From assembly GCA_020532355.1 (NCBI GenBank), contig JAJBBD010000138.1, forward strand, positions 1-61,046: a stretch of 61,046 nucleotides of DNA, read 5' to 3'. Each line of letters begins with the position of its first letter. Positions within the stretch are counted from its first letter, which is position 1. Below the pieces are notes generated by a model. That model made no database searches, had not been told where the DNA came from, and saw only the letters and a list, made by a program, of their open reading frames with translations. This DNA is from Candidatus Cloacimonadota bacterium. GTDB taxonomy: Bacteria > Cloacimonadota > Cloacimonadia > Cloacimonadales > Cloacimonadaceae. Made by a program: the position numbers and the translations under genes. Below, one piece after another: positions 18,655-26,914 of the stretch.

Positions 18655-20319
18655 ATGAGAAAAACTATGTTCTTTATCTTGGGCTTGATTCTAAGCCTAT
18701 CCACGCTCCTTGCTGGAGACTTCATTATCGGAATCGATGACGACACCCAAAACAAAGTACCGCTCTACGGCTATGCAAATTATGGCTGGACAAAATTCTT
18801 TTACAAAGCCGATGAATTGCAGGCTGCAGGATTCACATCTGCTCAAACAATCGAAAGAATTGCCTTTTATGTGGGCAACGATCAAAGCAATTATCTAACC
18901 GATGATCAGCTAGTATATATGGGTTATTATTACAATAGCGATTACAGCAATGCTAGCTATCAAAACCCCGTAAGTCACACGTTAGTATTTTCTGGTACAG
19001 TTTCCTGGAATGGACCCGGATGGCAAGAAATTATCTTGGATAATCCCTATTCGTTTGATCCATCTTATGGATGGAATCTCGAAATACTATGGGAAAACCA
19101 CGATGGTTCCAGAATTGGAGGTCCACCCAATTTCTACACGACCGATACATCTTTCTACAGTGCTGTATATAAAAACGGTACTTCCTGGTCAACAACCAGT
19201 GGAACGCGTTCCAAATATTATCGACCAAACATCTGGTTAATGACAAGTCCCGATGCCCCTCCTCCACCAGCAACAGCAACTCAGCCCCTAAATGGAGCTG
19301 AAAATGTACCTATAGATACTATGCTCAGTTGGGACCACAATGGTGGCATGCCCACTGGTTATATGCTCTGGTTTGGCACAGACAATCCTCCCACGAACAT
19401 CATTAACGCCGAAAGCGTAAGTAACACCAGATATACTCTTTCCGAAAGACTGGAGTATGATACAGATTACTTTTGGAGAGTGGTGCCTATAAATGACATC
19501 GCACCAGCAATGGACTGCCCGATATGGACATTTAAAACAGAGGCTGATCCTTCTATTGTTGAGTACCCACATCTGGAAACCTTTGATGGAGATTTCTTAG
19601 CTCCCGGCTGGACTCAATATGCCGGGACCCTTACAGATCCAATCAGTTTTGTTAGCGGAAATCTTTGGGAACAAGACGACTGGTTAAACTATCCTGGGGA
19701 TGATAAAGCTGCAAGAATTAATATCTGGGGTTCAATTAGCAGCTTTCTTATATCTCCCATGTTCAACATTCCTGATGAAAACTATGTAATGAAGATTGAT
19801 ACTGCAATACTTAAGTACGATCAGACCCCAGAAGGCACACCACCAAATTATAGCGCTACAGATGATCAATTTGCTATCCTGATTGGTGACGGGTATACTT
19901 GGTCTTTGGCAGATGTAGTAAGGGAATACAACAATTCAGGTTCGGAATATGTGTTGAACGATATCCCGATGGCGGGAGAGACCATTACCATCTCTCTAGC
20001 TGGACACACCGGACATATACGCATCGCCTTCTTTGCCGGATCACAGACTTATAACGACGACAACGACTATATGCTAAACAACTTCTGGATTGGTGATGCA
20101 GATTATAGCTATCCAACGCCTGAAGTGCAAATTGTTCAGGATGAGCTCACGGGTGAACTCAAACTCATCTGGAACCCCATTCCTTATGCTCGTAAGTATA
20201 ATATTTACAAGAGTGGTGATCCCTTTATGGACTATAACATTATCAAAAGTATCAGCAGTACCAGCTATAACTTGGAGACTGCAGAAGAGAAAGCATTTTT
20301 CAAAATCGGTGTGGAATAA
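18655..20319 (+). CDS. 554-aa secreted protein with Fn3-like modules (hypothetical)
   Basis: Signal peptide. Starts 10 nt after the preceding gene. Internal segment PPPATATQPLNGAENVPIDTMLSWD...DTDYFWRVVP resembles Fn3. Terminal module LKLIWNPIPYARKYNIYKSGDP...KAFFKIGVE. No Por-type tail. Confidence 0.6.
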   Translation: MRKTMFFILGLILSLSTLLAGDFIIGIDDDTQNKVPLYGYANYGWTKFFYKADELQAAGFTSAQTIERIAFYVGNDQSNYLTDDQLVYMGYYYNSDYSNASYQNPVSHTLVFSGTVSWNGPGWQEIILDNPYSFDPSYGWNLEILWENHDGSRIGGPPNFYTTDTSFYSAVYKNGTSWSTTSGTRSKYYRPNIWLMTSPDAPPPPATATQPLNGAENVPIDTMLSWDHNGGMPTGYMLWFGTDNPPTNIINAESVSNTRYTLSERLEYDTDYFWRVVPINDIAPAMDCPIWTFKTEADPSIVEYPHLETFDGDFLAPGWTQYAGTLTDPISFVSGNLWEQDDWLNYPGDDKAARINIWGSISSFLISPMFNIPDENYVMKIDTAILKYDQTPEGTPPNYSATDDQFAILIGDGYTWSLADVVREYNNSGSEYVLNDIPMAGETITISLAGHTGHIRIAFFAGSQTYNDDNDYMLNNFWIGDADYSYPTPEVQIVQDELTGELKLIWNPIPYARKYNIYKSGDPFMDYNIIKSISSTSYNLETAEEKAFFKIGVE

Positions 20320-20367
20320 TAGTTCCACTTAAACCTCAACTTTCGTAACAACTGTTATCGCACATTA

Positions 20368-20397
20368 CGGGGCGCCTTAAAAAGCGCCTCGTTCTTT
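20368..20397 (+). terminator. rho-independent terminator after the 554-aa gene
   Basis: CGGGGCGC-cttaaaaa-GCGCCTCG (8 bp, one G-U pair) followed by TTCTTT. Confidence 0.7.
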
Positions 20398-20610
20398 ATG
20401 GTCCAGTCCAATAGCACAAACCATTTGAGTTAGTACTTCGAGATAATGAACCTAAGCAAGTCATTGCCCAGTTTAGTTTTTAACCGCCCATCCCGCCCAG
20501 ATTTGCTAATAGCTTAGTTTTTACTCCCGAAGACCCCAATGATTATTCTCTTGACCTATAATAACACTCCTCAATCCTGGATTAAATGAATAAATCTTAA
20601 GGAGTAAACA

Positions 20611-20892
20611 ATGCTAAAAGTGAATGAATACTTTGAAGGTAAGGTAAAATCGATTGCTGTAAAAAATAGCCTTGGTAATTCTACGATTGGGGTAATGGAC
20701 ATAGGAGAATATGAATTTGGCACCAACACAGTAGAATACATGACTGTGATTAGCGGCGTTCTGATTGTTAAACTTCCCGGAGCTTCAGAGTGGAAAAAAT
20801 GTACTCCCAATGAAACCTTTATTGTGCCCGCAAATGAAAAGTTTCAATTGAAGGTGGAAGAACAAACCGCTTATCTCTGCCGTTACGAATAA
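20611..20892 (+). CDS. ppnP: pyrimidine/purine nucleoside phosphorylase PpnP (DUF1255)
   Basis: [16 protein letters not shown]...GEYEFGT...EYMTVISG...AYLCRYE closely parallels E. coli PpnP/YaiE. 93 aa. Confidence 0.85.
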   Translation: MLKVNEYFEGKVKSIAVKNSLGNSTIGVMDIGEYEFGTNTVEYMTVISGVLIVKLPGASEWKKCTPNETFIVPANEKFQLKVEEQTAYLCRYE

Positions 20893-21029
20893 ACTTACAA
20901 TAATCCACAGCAATAATCTTGGAGCACAAGCTTGATACTTTTTTGCTCCAAAAAACAGCTTCCTGGAGCTCATAATTCATAGAAAAAGTGAGTAGTAATT
21001 CTACTGTTTGCATCAAATGCGGATCGATA

Positions 21030-21180
21030 CCCTTACTGGGCGGCGTTTTATTCTAGATAGTTTGCTCATGGTTTCAACATGATACCCTGATGTTTTAACT
21101 AGACATTACCTATAGTTAAACGAGAGATACTCCCGTCTGCATACGAGGATCTCAAGATGAATCATTGTTAATACTAACCC
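21030..21180 (+). repeat. degenerate copy of the dispersed repeat (copy G)
   Basis: CCCTTACTGGG, GCTCATGG and GAGATACTCCCGTCTGCATA appear in family order. Exact 14-mer shared with copy F. Much weaker than copies A-D. Confidence 0.35.
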
Positions 21181-21447
21181 GATGCAATAAGGAGAGAAAG
21201 GTATAGGGATGGATTGAATCCAAATTTTTTCAATTGTGGAGCTTCAACAAAGTGCCACAAGGTTTGTTACGCCAAACTTGGGGGTACTACCACTTAAGAA
21301 ACTCTAGCACTAGGAAAAGATTACGATTAGCACAAACTTTATAGCGTTATCTTGATTCTTCTGACTACGATGGGGTAAAACTTCGAAACAACTTCAAGTA
21401 GTAATATAGAATTTTGAGTTAACTGACGTGCCAGATACAAGCAAGAT

Positions 21448-21636
21448 TTATACGCTATTAAGCGCATCTATAAAAAGATTTAGGGTCTCATCCGGATTTT
21501 CAACGCTAATGACGCGTTTGTCGCCATTATCGAAAGTGATAACGATTTCACCTAAGGCTTTGGTTACTTCTCTAATTTTTGAGATTACAATATAACTTTT
21601 GCCCAGATGCTCATCTTTGTATTCAAATATTTTCAA
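21448..21636 (-). CDS. small hypothetical protein (62 aa)
   Basis: TTG start 10 nt after the stop of the upstream gene, with an AAGG 7 nt upstream. No recognisable motif. Confidence 0.4.
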   Translation of the reverse strand: MKIFEYKDEHLGKSYIVISKIREVTKALGEIVITFDNGDKRVISVENPDETLNLFIDALNSV

Positions 21637-21646
21637 GGTATCGCCT

Positions 21647-22090
21647 TTAGTAGTGTTTTAGATTACAGCTTTGGCTATAGGTTTCGCCTGGACGCAGATA
21701 TTCGGCAAAATCTGGATCGAACTCGATGAGAGTGTAATCCGGATCGTCATAACCGCTAAAATATTGGTCAAAGAAAAAGCAGCGCTCGGAAGCCTCAACT
21801 TTGAGCGCTGCATTATTTACGATCGTGGCAATTCCTCTTAAACGGATGTAGCCGGTATGACCATCTTCCGCTAAAGGTATGCATACTTCCACGTTTTTGT
21901 TGTTTTGGATCTGGGCAACCTTAGAATCTCCGGTAAAAGTGGCAAAGAAATAACGCTCATCATGCAAAAAGAGCACAATGGGTCTTACTCTGGCTTGGTT
22001 CTTATCGCAAGTAGCGAGATAAACGTATTGGTTTTGCCGTATCCAAGCCATTAATTCTTGTTGCAGGGCAGATTCGTTGGTTTTTGCCAT
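21647..22090 (-). CDS. pyridoxamine 5'-phosphate oxidase-family (FMN-binding split barrel) protein
   Basis: Size and pattern (YVYLATCD...ARVRPI...FFATFTGDSKVAQIQNN..VEVC) are typical of PNPOx-like proteins. Confidence 0.65.
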   Translation of the reverse strand: MAKTNESALQQELMAWIRQNQYVYLATCDKNQARVRPIVLFLHDERYFFATFTGDSKVAQIQNNKNVEVCIPLAEDGHTGYIRLRGIATIVNNAALKVEASERCFFFDQYFSGYDDPDYTLIEFDPDFAEYLRPGETYSQSCNLKHY

Positions 22091-22101
22091 AGTTTTCTAC
22101 C

Positions 22102-22959
22102 TTATTTAGGGAAGGATACCCCATTAATGAAAGCTTGATTATCCTCAAGGGGATTATCTCTTTCATCGCGAGGTAGAGATTCGATGGTATGCACAATACT
22201 CATTCCGGATGTGACTTTACCAAATACGGTATGCCTACCATTCAACCACGGAGTACCATCTTCTTTTGTAACAATAAAGAATTGACTGCCATTGGTATTA
22301 GGACCGCTGTTTGCCATGGCAATACTACCGTAAATGACTGGGGCTTTTAACACTTTAGCGTAGATTATATCCTCGAATCCTATGAGTTCTTTGTAATACT
22401 CAACCGTGTTCTTTTTTATCGGTTCAAAGCTTTTGCTTACCTGGCAATCTTTCACAAGCTGGGCAATCTCCGCATTAGGAGATTTGTTACCATCCATATG
22501 CGGTGCAATTATCTTTCTCCAAATTTGCTCGGCTTCTTCATCGCTGGTAATATCGCCTGTAAGCTCTACTTCTTCATCGTAGCATTCATCTTCAAACATA
22601 TAGCCTGGTCCACCCTGACCATCGTTCATGCGGTTGTCGTCTTTAGTATTGGGATCTCCGCCCTGAATCATGAAATCTGGGATTACGCGATGGAAGTAAG
22701 TACCATTGTAAAAACCTTCTCTACTAAGTTTCACGAAATTCTCGACTGTTTTGGGGGCAAGATCTGGCCACAGTTCTAATTCAATATTTCCATAGGATGT
22801 TTCCAGAATTGTTTTCACAGTATTTTGAGCTGCTTCTTTCACAGGTTCCTCCTTGTCAGCATCGTTTTGGGTTCTATTTTGGGTATATAACATAGTTAAC
22901 CCCAAAACCAAAATAACCGGTATCAGAATCAGCGCTAGATAGTTTCTCTTTTGCATCAT
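22102..22959 (-). CDS. cyclophilin-type peptidyl-prolyl cis-trans isomerase with N-terminal membrane anchor and a large internal insertion
   Basis: FHRVIPDFMIQGGDP, SIAMANSGPNTNGSQFFI, HTVFGKV. An extra segment lies between FEDE and the MANSG motif. Confidence 0.85.
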   Translation of the reverse strand: MMQKRNYLALILIPVILVLGLTMLYTQNRTQNDADKEEPVKEAAQNTVKTILETSYGNIELELWPDLAPKTVENFVKLSREGFYNGTYFHRVIPDFMIQGGDPNTKDDNRMNDGQGGPGYMFEDECYDEEVELTGDITSDEEAEQIWRKIIAPHMDGNKSPNAEIAQLVKDCQVSKSFEPIKKNTVEYYKELIGFEDIIYAKVLKAPVIYGSIAMANSGPNTNGSQFFIVTKEDGTPWLNGRHTVFGKVTSGMSIVHTIESLPRDERDNPLEDNQAFINGVSFPK

Positions 22960-22973
22960 GCTGTTTCTCCTTT

Positions 22974-23708
22974 CTAACTGTTATATTGTTTAAGTTCTAT
23001 CTTTCCGGAAATTATTTCCACATAACTGTGATGTGAAATCCAATCTCCGCTGTTTACATAGCTTCCGCCCTCAATTTCTTTGAGAATCGGATAATGACTG
23101 TGTCCCATAATAACATAATCTGCTTTTGAGCTTTTAATTAGATGCTTTGCATAAGCTTCTAAACCACTGTTTTTCTTTTTGCGAAGAGATGGAGTGTCTT
23201 TGCGAGCGCGGCTGCTGCGGGAAAGCTTGCTGCCCAAACCCAAGGCCAAATCGGGATGCAATAAGCCAAATATACGCTTCATCAGCGGGATTCGAATAAC
23301 CCTGCGAAACACCTGATACCTGAGATCATTTACCGTGTGGGTATCACCATGGCATACATGAATTTTTTTGCCATCAGTTTCCAGGCAAAAAGCCTCATCG
23401 TAAAGCTCAAAATTCAAGAAATCGGGTAAAAAATTTCCAAACCAGAAGTCATGGTTTCCGCTTATATGTACAATTCGGCAGCTTTTCTGAGAAATCTCAT
23501 AGAGCTTTACCAAGAGTGGGAAATACTGCTTGATGATGGTGTAATTCCAATCGTACCACAAATCAAATATGTCTCCGGCAAGAATCAGTAAATCATATTT
23601 CCCGATGATGCTGTTTAAAAAATCTAACACTATTTTGCTGTTTTGGATGTCCTCAGCATTCGGCTTTGTATATTTGAAATGTAGATCGGAGATAATACAG
23701 ATTTTCAT
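22974..23708 (-). CDS. lpxH: UDP-2,3-diacylglucosamine diphosphatase (LpxH-like calcineurin-fold phosphoesterase)
   Basis: ISDLHF, AGDIFDLW, GNHDFW, CHGD and GHSH metallophosphatase motifs. 244 aa. Confidence 0.7.
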   Translation of the reverse strand: MKICIISDLHFKYTKPNAEDIQNSKIVLDFLNSIIGKYDLLILAGDIFDLWYDWNYTIIKQYFPLLVKLYEISQKSCRIVHISGNHDFWFGNFLPDFLNFELYDEAFCLETDGKKIHVCHGDTHTVNDLRYQVFRRVIRIPLMKRIFGLLHPDLALGLGSKLSRSSRARKDTPSLRKKKNSGLEAYAKHLIKSSKADYVIMGHSHYPILKEIEGGSYVNSGDWISHHSYVEIISGKIELKQYNS

Positions 23709-23709
23709 A

Positions 23710-24402
23710 TTAATGAGTAGTTATATAGTGGATAATGTTAAGTCCAAAACTTAATGCAATTTCTCTCAGTTCTTGGGGATTGCCGTGAGTATCCGGATCT
23801 GCCCACCCATCGCTGATGTTGGTCTCATAAGTATAGAGCATCATCATGCGTCCACTATCGTCAAACATAGCAAATGCTTGAGCTGGATTATTGTCATGTT
23901 CGTGGATTTTAGGCAATCCTGTAGAAAAATCGAAATAAGAGCTAAATAAGGGATGTCTTGCATCCAATTCTATAAATTCACGTTCGGGGAATATACGTTT
24001 GATCTCGCGGCGAAAGCTTTGATCCATACCATAATCATCGTCTGCATATAAAAAACCGCCTCTAAGCATCCAAGTTCGCAAATTGGAAACTTCTACATCC
24101 GAAAACCTGATGTTGCCATGGCCGGTAAGATATACAAAGGGGAAATCAAAGAGCTTAGTATCGTCTGCCTTAACAACGCTCTGATCGATCGGAATACTGG
24201 CATCAAGCTGCTGATTTATGAACCTTGCAAGATTTGGCAAGACCTCTGGATCGTTGTACCAATCGCCACCACCATCATATTGCATGCGGGCAAAGCCTGT
24301 TTTAATGGGGCTATCCACTACCGACCATCCCCAGCTGAAAACAAACAGCATTATAATGATGAGTATTCTACGCAAATATGAAATGGAAAGTATCCGGCAC
24401 AT
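23710..24402 (-). CDS. DUF4159 domain-containing protein
   Basis: MQYDGGGDWYNDPEVLPNL ... FVYLTGHGNIRFS ... GGFLYADDDYG ... GLPKIHEHD, as in DUF4159 family members. Confidence 0.7.
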   Translation of the reverse strand: MCRILSISYLRRILIIIMLFVFSWGWSVVDSPIKTGFARMQYDGGGDWYNDPEVLPNLARFINQQLDASIPIDQSVVKADDTKLFDFPFVYLTGHGNIRFSDVEVSNLRTWMLRGGFLYADDDYGMDQSFRREIKRIFPEREFIELDARHPLFSSYFDFSTGLPKIHEHDNNPAQAFAMFDDSGRMMMLYTYETNISDGWADPDTHGNPQELREIALSFGLNIIHYITTH

Positions 24403-24412
24403 ATATTAATCC

Positions 24413-25822
24413 TTAATTCGCTATCTTGAGTTGTATGCAAATAAGTCCATCGGCAACAATAGCATAGAAGCAATTAGAAAAGCTGTCGTATGCAGAAAGA
24501 CTGTATAAGTCTTCTTTAAAAGTTATGGTCGAAAGGTTTTCTCCCCTCTGCGCATCCACTACGGATATCATTTTTGAAGATGGCACGATGATGATCGATC
24601 TATCCAAGCGTGGATCCTCATCTGGACTGATTCGGCTTGGCTCGAGGATGCCCAAATCTGTTATGGGACTATTAATGGTTTGTTGCCATATTTCGTCACC
24701 ATCCTCAGCATAACCATGTGCTACATCTCCCTCCAAACAGACCATCAACACGTTATCGGAAAAGAACAACGAGTTGATGCGCATGTCGAAAGACTTTTTC
24801 CAAAGCAATTTGCGACTCTTTTTTTCGAACGCCACTAAGTGATTACCGGCGGACAGAAAGATGTTGTCTACACTAAATACAGGAGCTATAGTAACTTGAT
24901 AATCCAGAGTTGAGTTCCATAAAATGTCCAATTCAATATTGCGAGCCGGAAGATTAACGATTCGTTCTAAATACTTAATCAGGTTCTGAGTATCTACAGT
25001 AAGATTATTGGGAATCTGATCTAAACGAAGAGTAGTATTGCGTTTAACGGTAATGCGGGTTCGATGGAGCAACTGATCCAGATAGCGGTTACCAAAAAGT
25101 ACATAGATTATAGCCGACATAGTAACGAATATAATCACCACCGTGCTGATCTGCAATCTCGAAAGCTTTCTACGCCTGGGTTTGATTAACCTTGAACGAC
25201 CATCTATTACCAGCCAAAGAGGATTCTCGGTGTCGGCAAAGCTTTCAATATAATGATCCAAACTTTCCGGATCATTACAAGTTTCAAACACTTTGGCACA
25301 GAGGTTCCCACTTAGTAAGACAAAGCGTTGGTTTTCTCCGATAAAAAGGCGATTAACTTTGACCGATATATCCTTGTCGGCAAAACCCAAAAGGTTCAGT
25401 TTTTCCAAAGTTTGCATCTGATGATGCCGATAATCTGTTCCGATTGTTCGCAGTTTCTTCCGATCGGAAATACTACAATACATACGGCCAAATTGGACAA
25501 AGAAGATTTCATGGTCGTAAACTACGGCAAAGAATACCGAAAGTCCTTTTTCCGAAAAATCGGAGCGCCGCAGTGCCGCATGCATCTTCCAATGCAATTC
25601 GCCCATGAAGTTTTTTAACCACTTCTCCACTTCCATTTTGCTGATTGTGGCAACATCAGAATTACGCACCGCTAACCTTAGCTCGGCAGCCATCTCTTCC
25701 AGGTGTACGCTTTGTTCAGGGTGCCACATCGCGAGAAACCAACCAAATCTACCATCTTGGCTCAAGTTTTTTTCTATAAAAGTATATGGAGGATTGTCGT
25801 GAATAGTCTGAACAGCAATCAT
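24413..25822 (-). CDS. bitopic membrane protein: cytoplasmic PP2C-like (apparently inactive) domain, one TM helix, periplasmic PQQ/BamB-like beta-propeller
   Basis: N-terminal region has a PP2C-like strand pattern (GLSVFFAVVYDHEIFFVQFGRMYC, FVLLSGNL) but lacks the DGHGG/GDSR/SDG acidic motifs. TM ISTVVIIFVTMSAIIYVLFG. The C-terminal repeats resemble a PQQ-like propeller. Confidence 0.5.
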   Translation of the reverse strand: MIAVQTIHDNPPYTFIEKNLSQDGRFGWFLAMWHPEQSVHLEEMAAELRLAVRNSDVATISKMEVEKWLKNFMGELHWKMHAALRRSDFSEKGLSVFFAVVYDHEIFFVQFGRMYCSISDRKKLRTIGTDYRHHQMQTLEKLNLLGFADKDISVKVNRLFIGENQRFVLLSGNLCAKVFETCNDPESLDHYIESFADTENPLWLVIDGRSRLIKPRRRKLSRLQISTVVIIFVTMSAIIYVLFGNRYLDQLLHRTRITVKRNTTLRLDQIPNNLTVDTQNLIKYLERIVNLPARNIELDILWNSTLDYQVTIAPVFSVDNIFLSAGNHLVAFEKKSRKLLWKKSFDMRINSLFFSDNVLMVCLEGDVAHGYAEDGDEIWQQTINSPITDLGILEPSRISPDEDPRLDRSIIIVPSSKMISVVDAQRGENLSTITFKEDLYSLSAYDSFSNCFYAIVADGLICIQLKIAN

Positions 25823-25823
25823 A

Positions 25824-26906
25824 TTAGCTCCACCATCGAATAAAACTTCGATAACTAACTCGAATTAAGGTAGGAAGATGCATCAGCATATTTGTATAAG
25901 AAGCATTTGCCAAAGGACACCAGCACTCTTTGTGGTGAATACTGCGTCTGTCTAATTTGGCTTTTTTTGAATACCATACTTTCTTGAATTTGTAGCTGCT
26001 CTCGCGCAGATTCCCTAAGGATTTTGCTCTTACACAGCAACTCCAAACATCTCCATCCGGAGATATTTGACATGAAGCGAGACCCGAATAGCATGGAATT
26101 ACTTGTTTTTCATCTCTTAATATGGCTTTTACTAGATTGTAGTATTCAATTCTAAAAGCCATAGTGATCTTGCTCATACCTTTGTATTTCTCGTTCTTAA
26201 TGCGATGAATCAGATAATCTATGGCAGATTTATAGGCCACTTTACCAGGACTTATATCTAAACCAACAGTGTCTAATTCAACTCTTTCTTCAGCTATTTC
26301 GGTAATGTAGCTATCTGGCTTCAATCGCATCAGCTCATTCGCTACTGAATAAAAGTTTTCCACATTAAAGCGCGAGATAACCGTATGGATGCCCACACTT
26401 AGATTTCTTAGCTTAAGCGCATTAAGCTTATTGAAAGTGGAAATTGCTTTTTTGTAATTTCCTGGTACATTTCTTATCTCGTCGTGCTGAGCTTCAATGC
26501 CGTCTATAGATACATTGATTATTATCTGTGCTTTGGGGCAAGCCTGTGCGATAGCTTGCACTTTTTCCACTATTGTGCTTACCAAAAGACCGTTGGTAGG
26601 AATATTGATAATGCGAGGCTTGCTTATTTTGTAAATTGTTGAGATAACCTCTACAATATCTCGCCGCAAAAATGGCTCGCCGCCGCTAAAGGTTATCCAG
26701 TAAGGGCTCTTCCCCACACTACGGAATATCTTTGCATACTCATCGGGACTTAAGTTTTTAGCTTTCTTTTTCCAAATTCTGCATGTGCTGCAGCGGGAAT
26801 TGCAGGAGTATAACAAACTCACCGTGTAATTCATGGGCATTACACGCGGAAAGCCCAAGTACTTCATAAACCAATATCCAACGATGCGAAACATTATAAA
26901 CAGCAT
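25824..26906 (-). CDS. radical SAM protein with SPASM/twitch-like C-terminal Cys cluster
   Basis: CNSRCSTCRIW (CxxxCxxC), GGEPFLRRD, C-terminal CYSGLASCQISPDGDVWSCC ... CWC. Confidence 0.8.
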   Translation of the reverse strand: MLFIMFRIVGYWFMKYLGFPRVMPMNYTVSLLYSCNSRCSTCRIWKKKAKNLSPDEYAKIFRSVGKSPYWITFSGGEPFLRRDIVEVISTIYKISKPRIINIPTNGLLVSTIVEKVQAIAQACPKAQIIINVSIDGIEAQHDEIRNVPGNYKKAISTFNKLNALKLRNLSVGIHTVISRFNVENFYSVANELMRLKPDSYITEIAEERVELDTVGLDISPGKVAYKSAIDYLIHRIKNEKYKGMSKITMAFRIEYYNLVKAILRDEKQVIPCYSGLASCQISPDGDVWSCCVRAKSLGNLRESSYKFKKVWYSKKAKLDRRSIHHKECWCPLANASYTNMLMHLPTLIRVSYRSFIRWWS

Positions 26907-26914
26907 TGTAATCC

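Noticed and set aside
26907-26914. RiPP precursor peptide next to the radical SAM/SPASM-like gene
   Set aside because: The flanking spacers are 8 nt and 1 nt, so there is no room for a small precursor ORF on either side.
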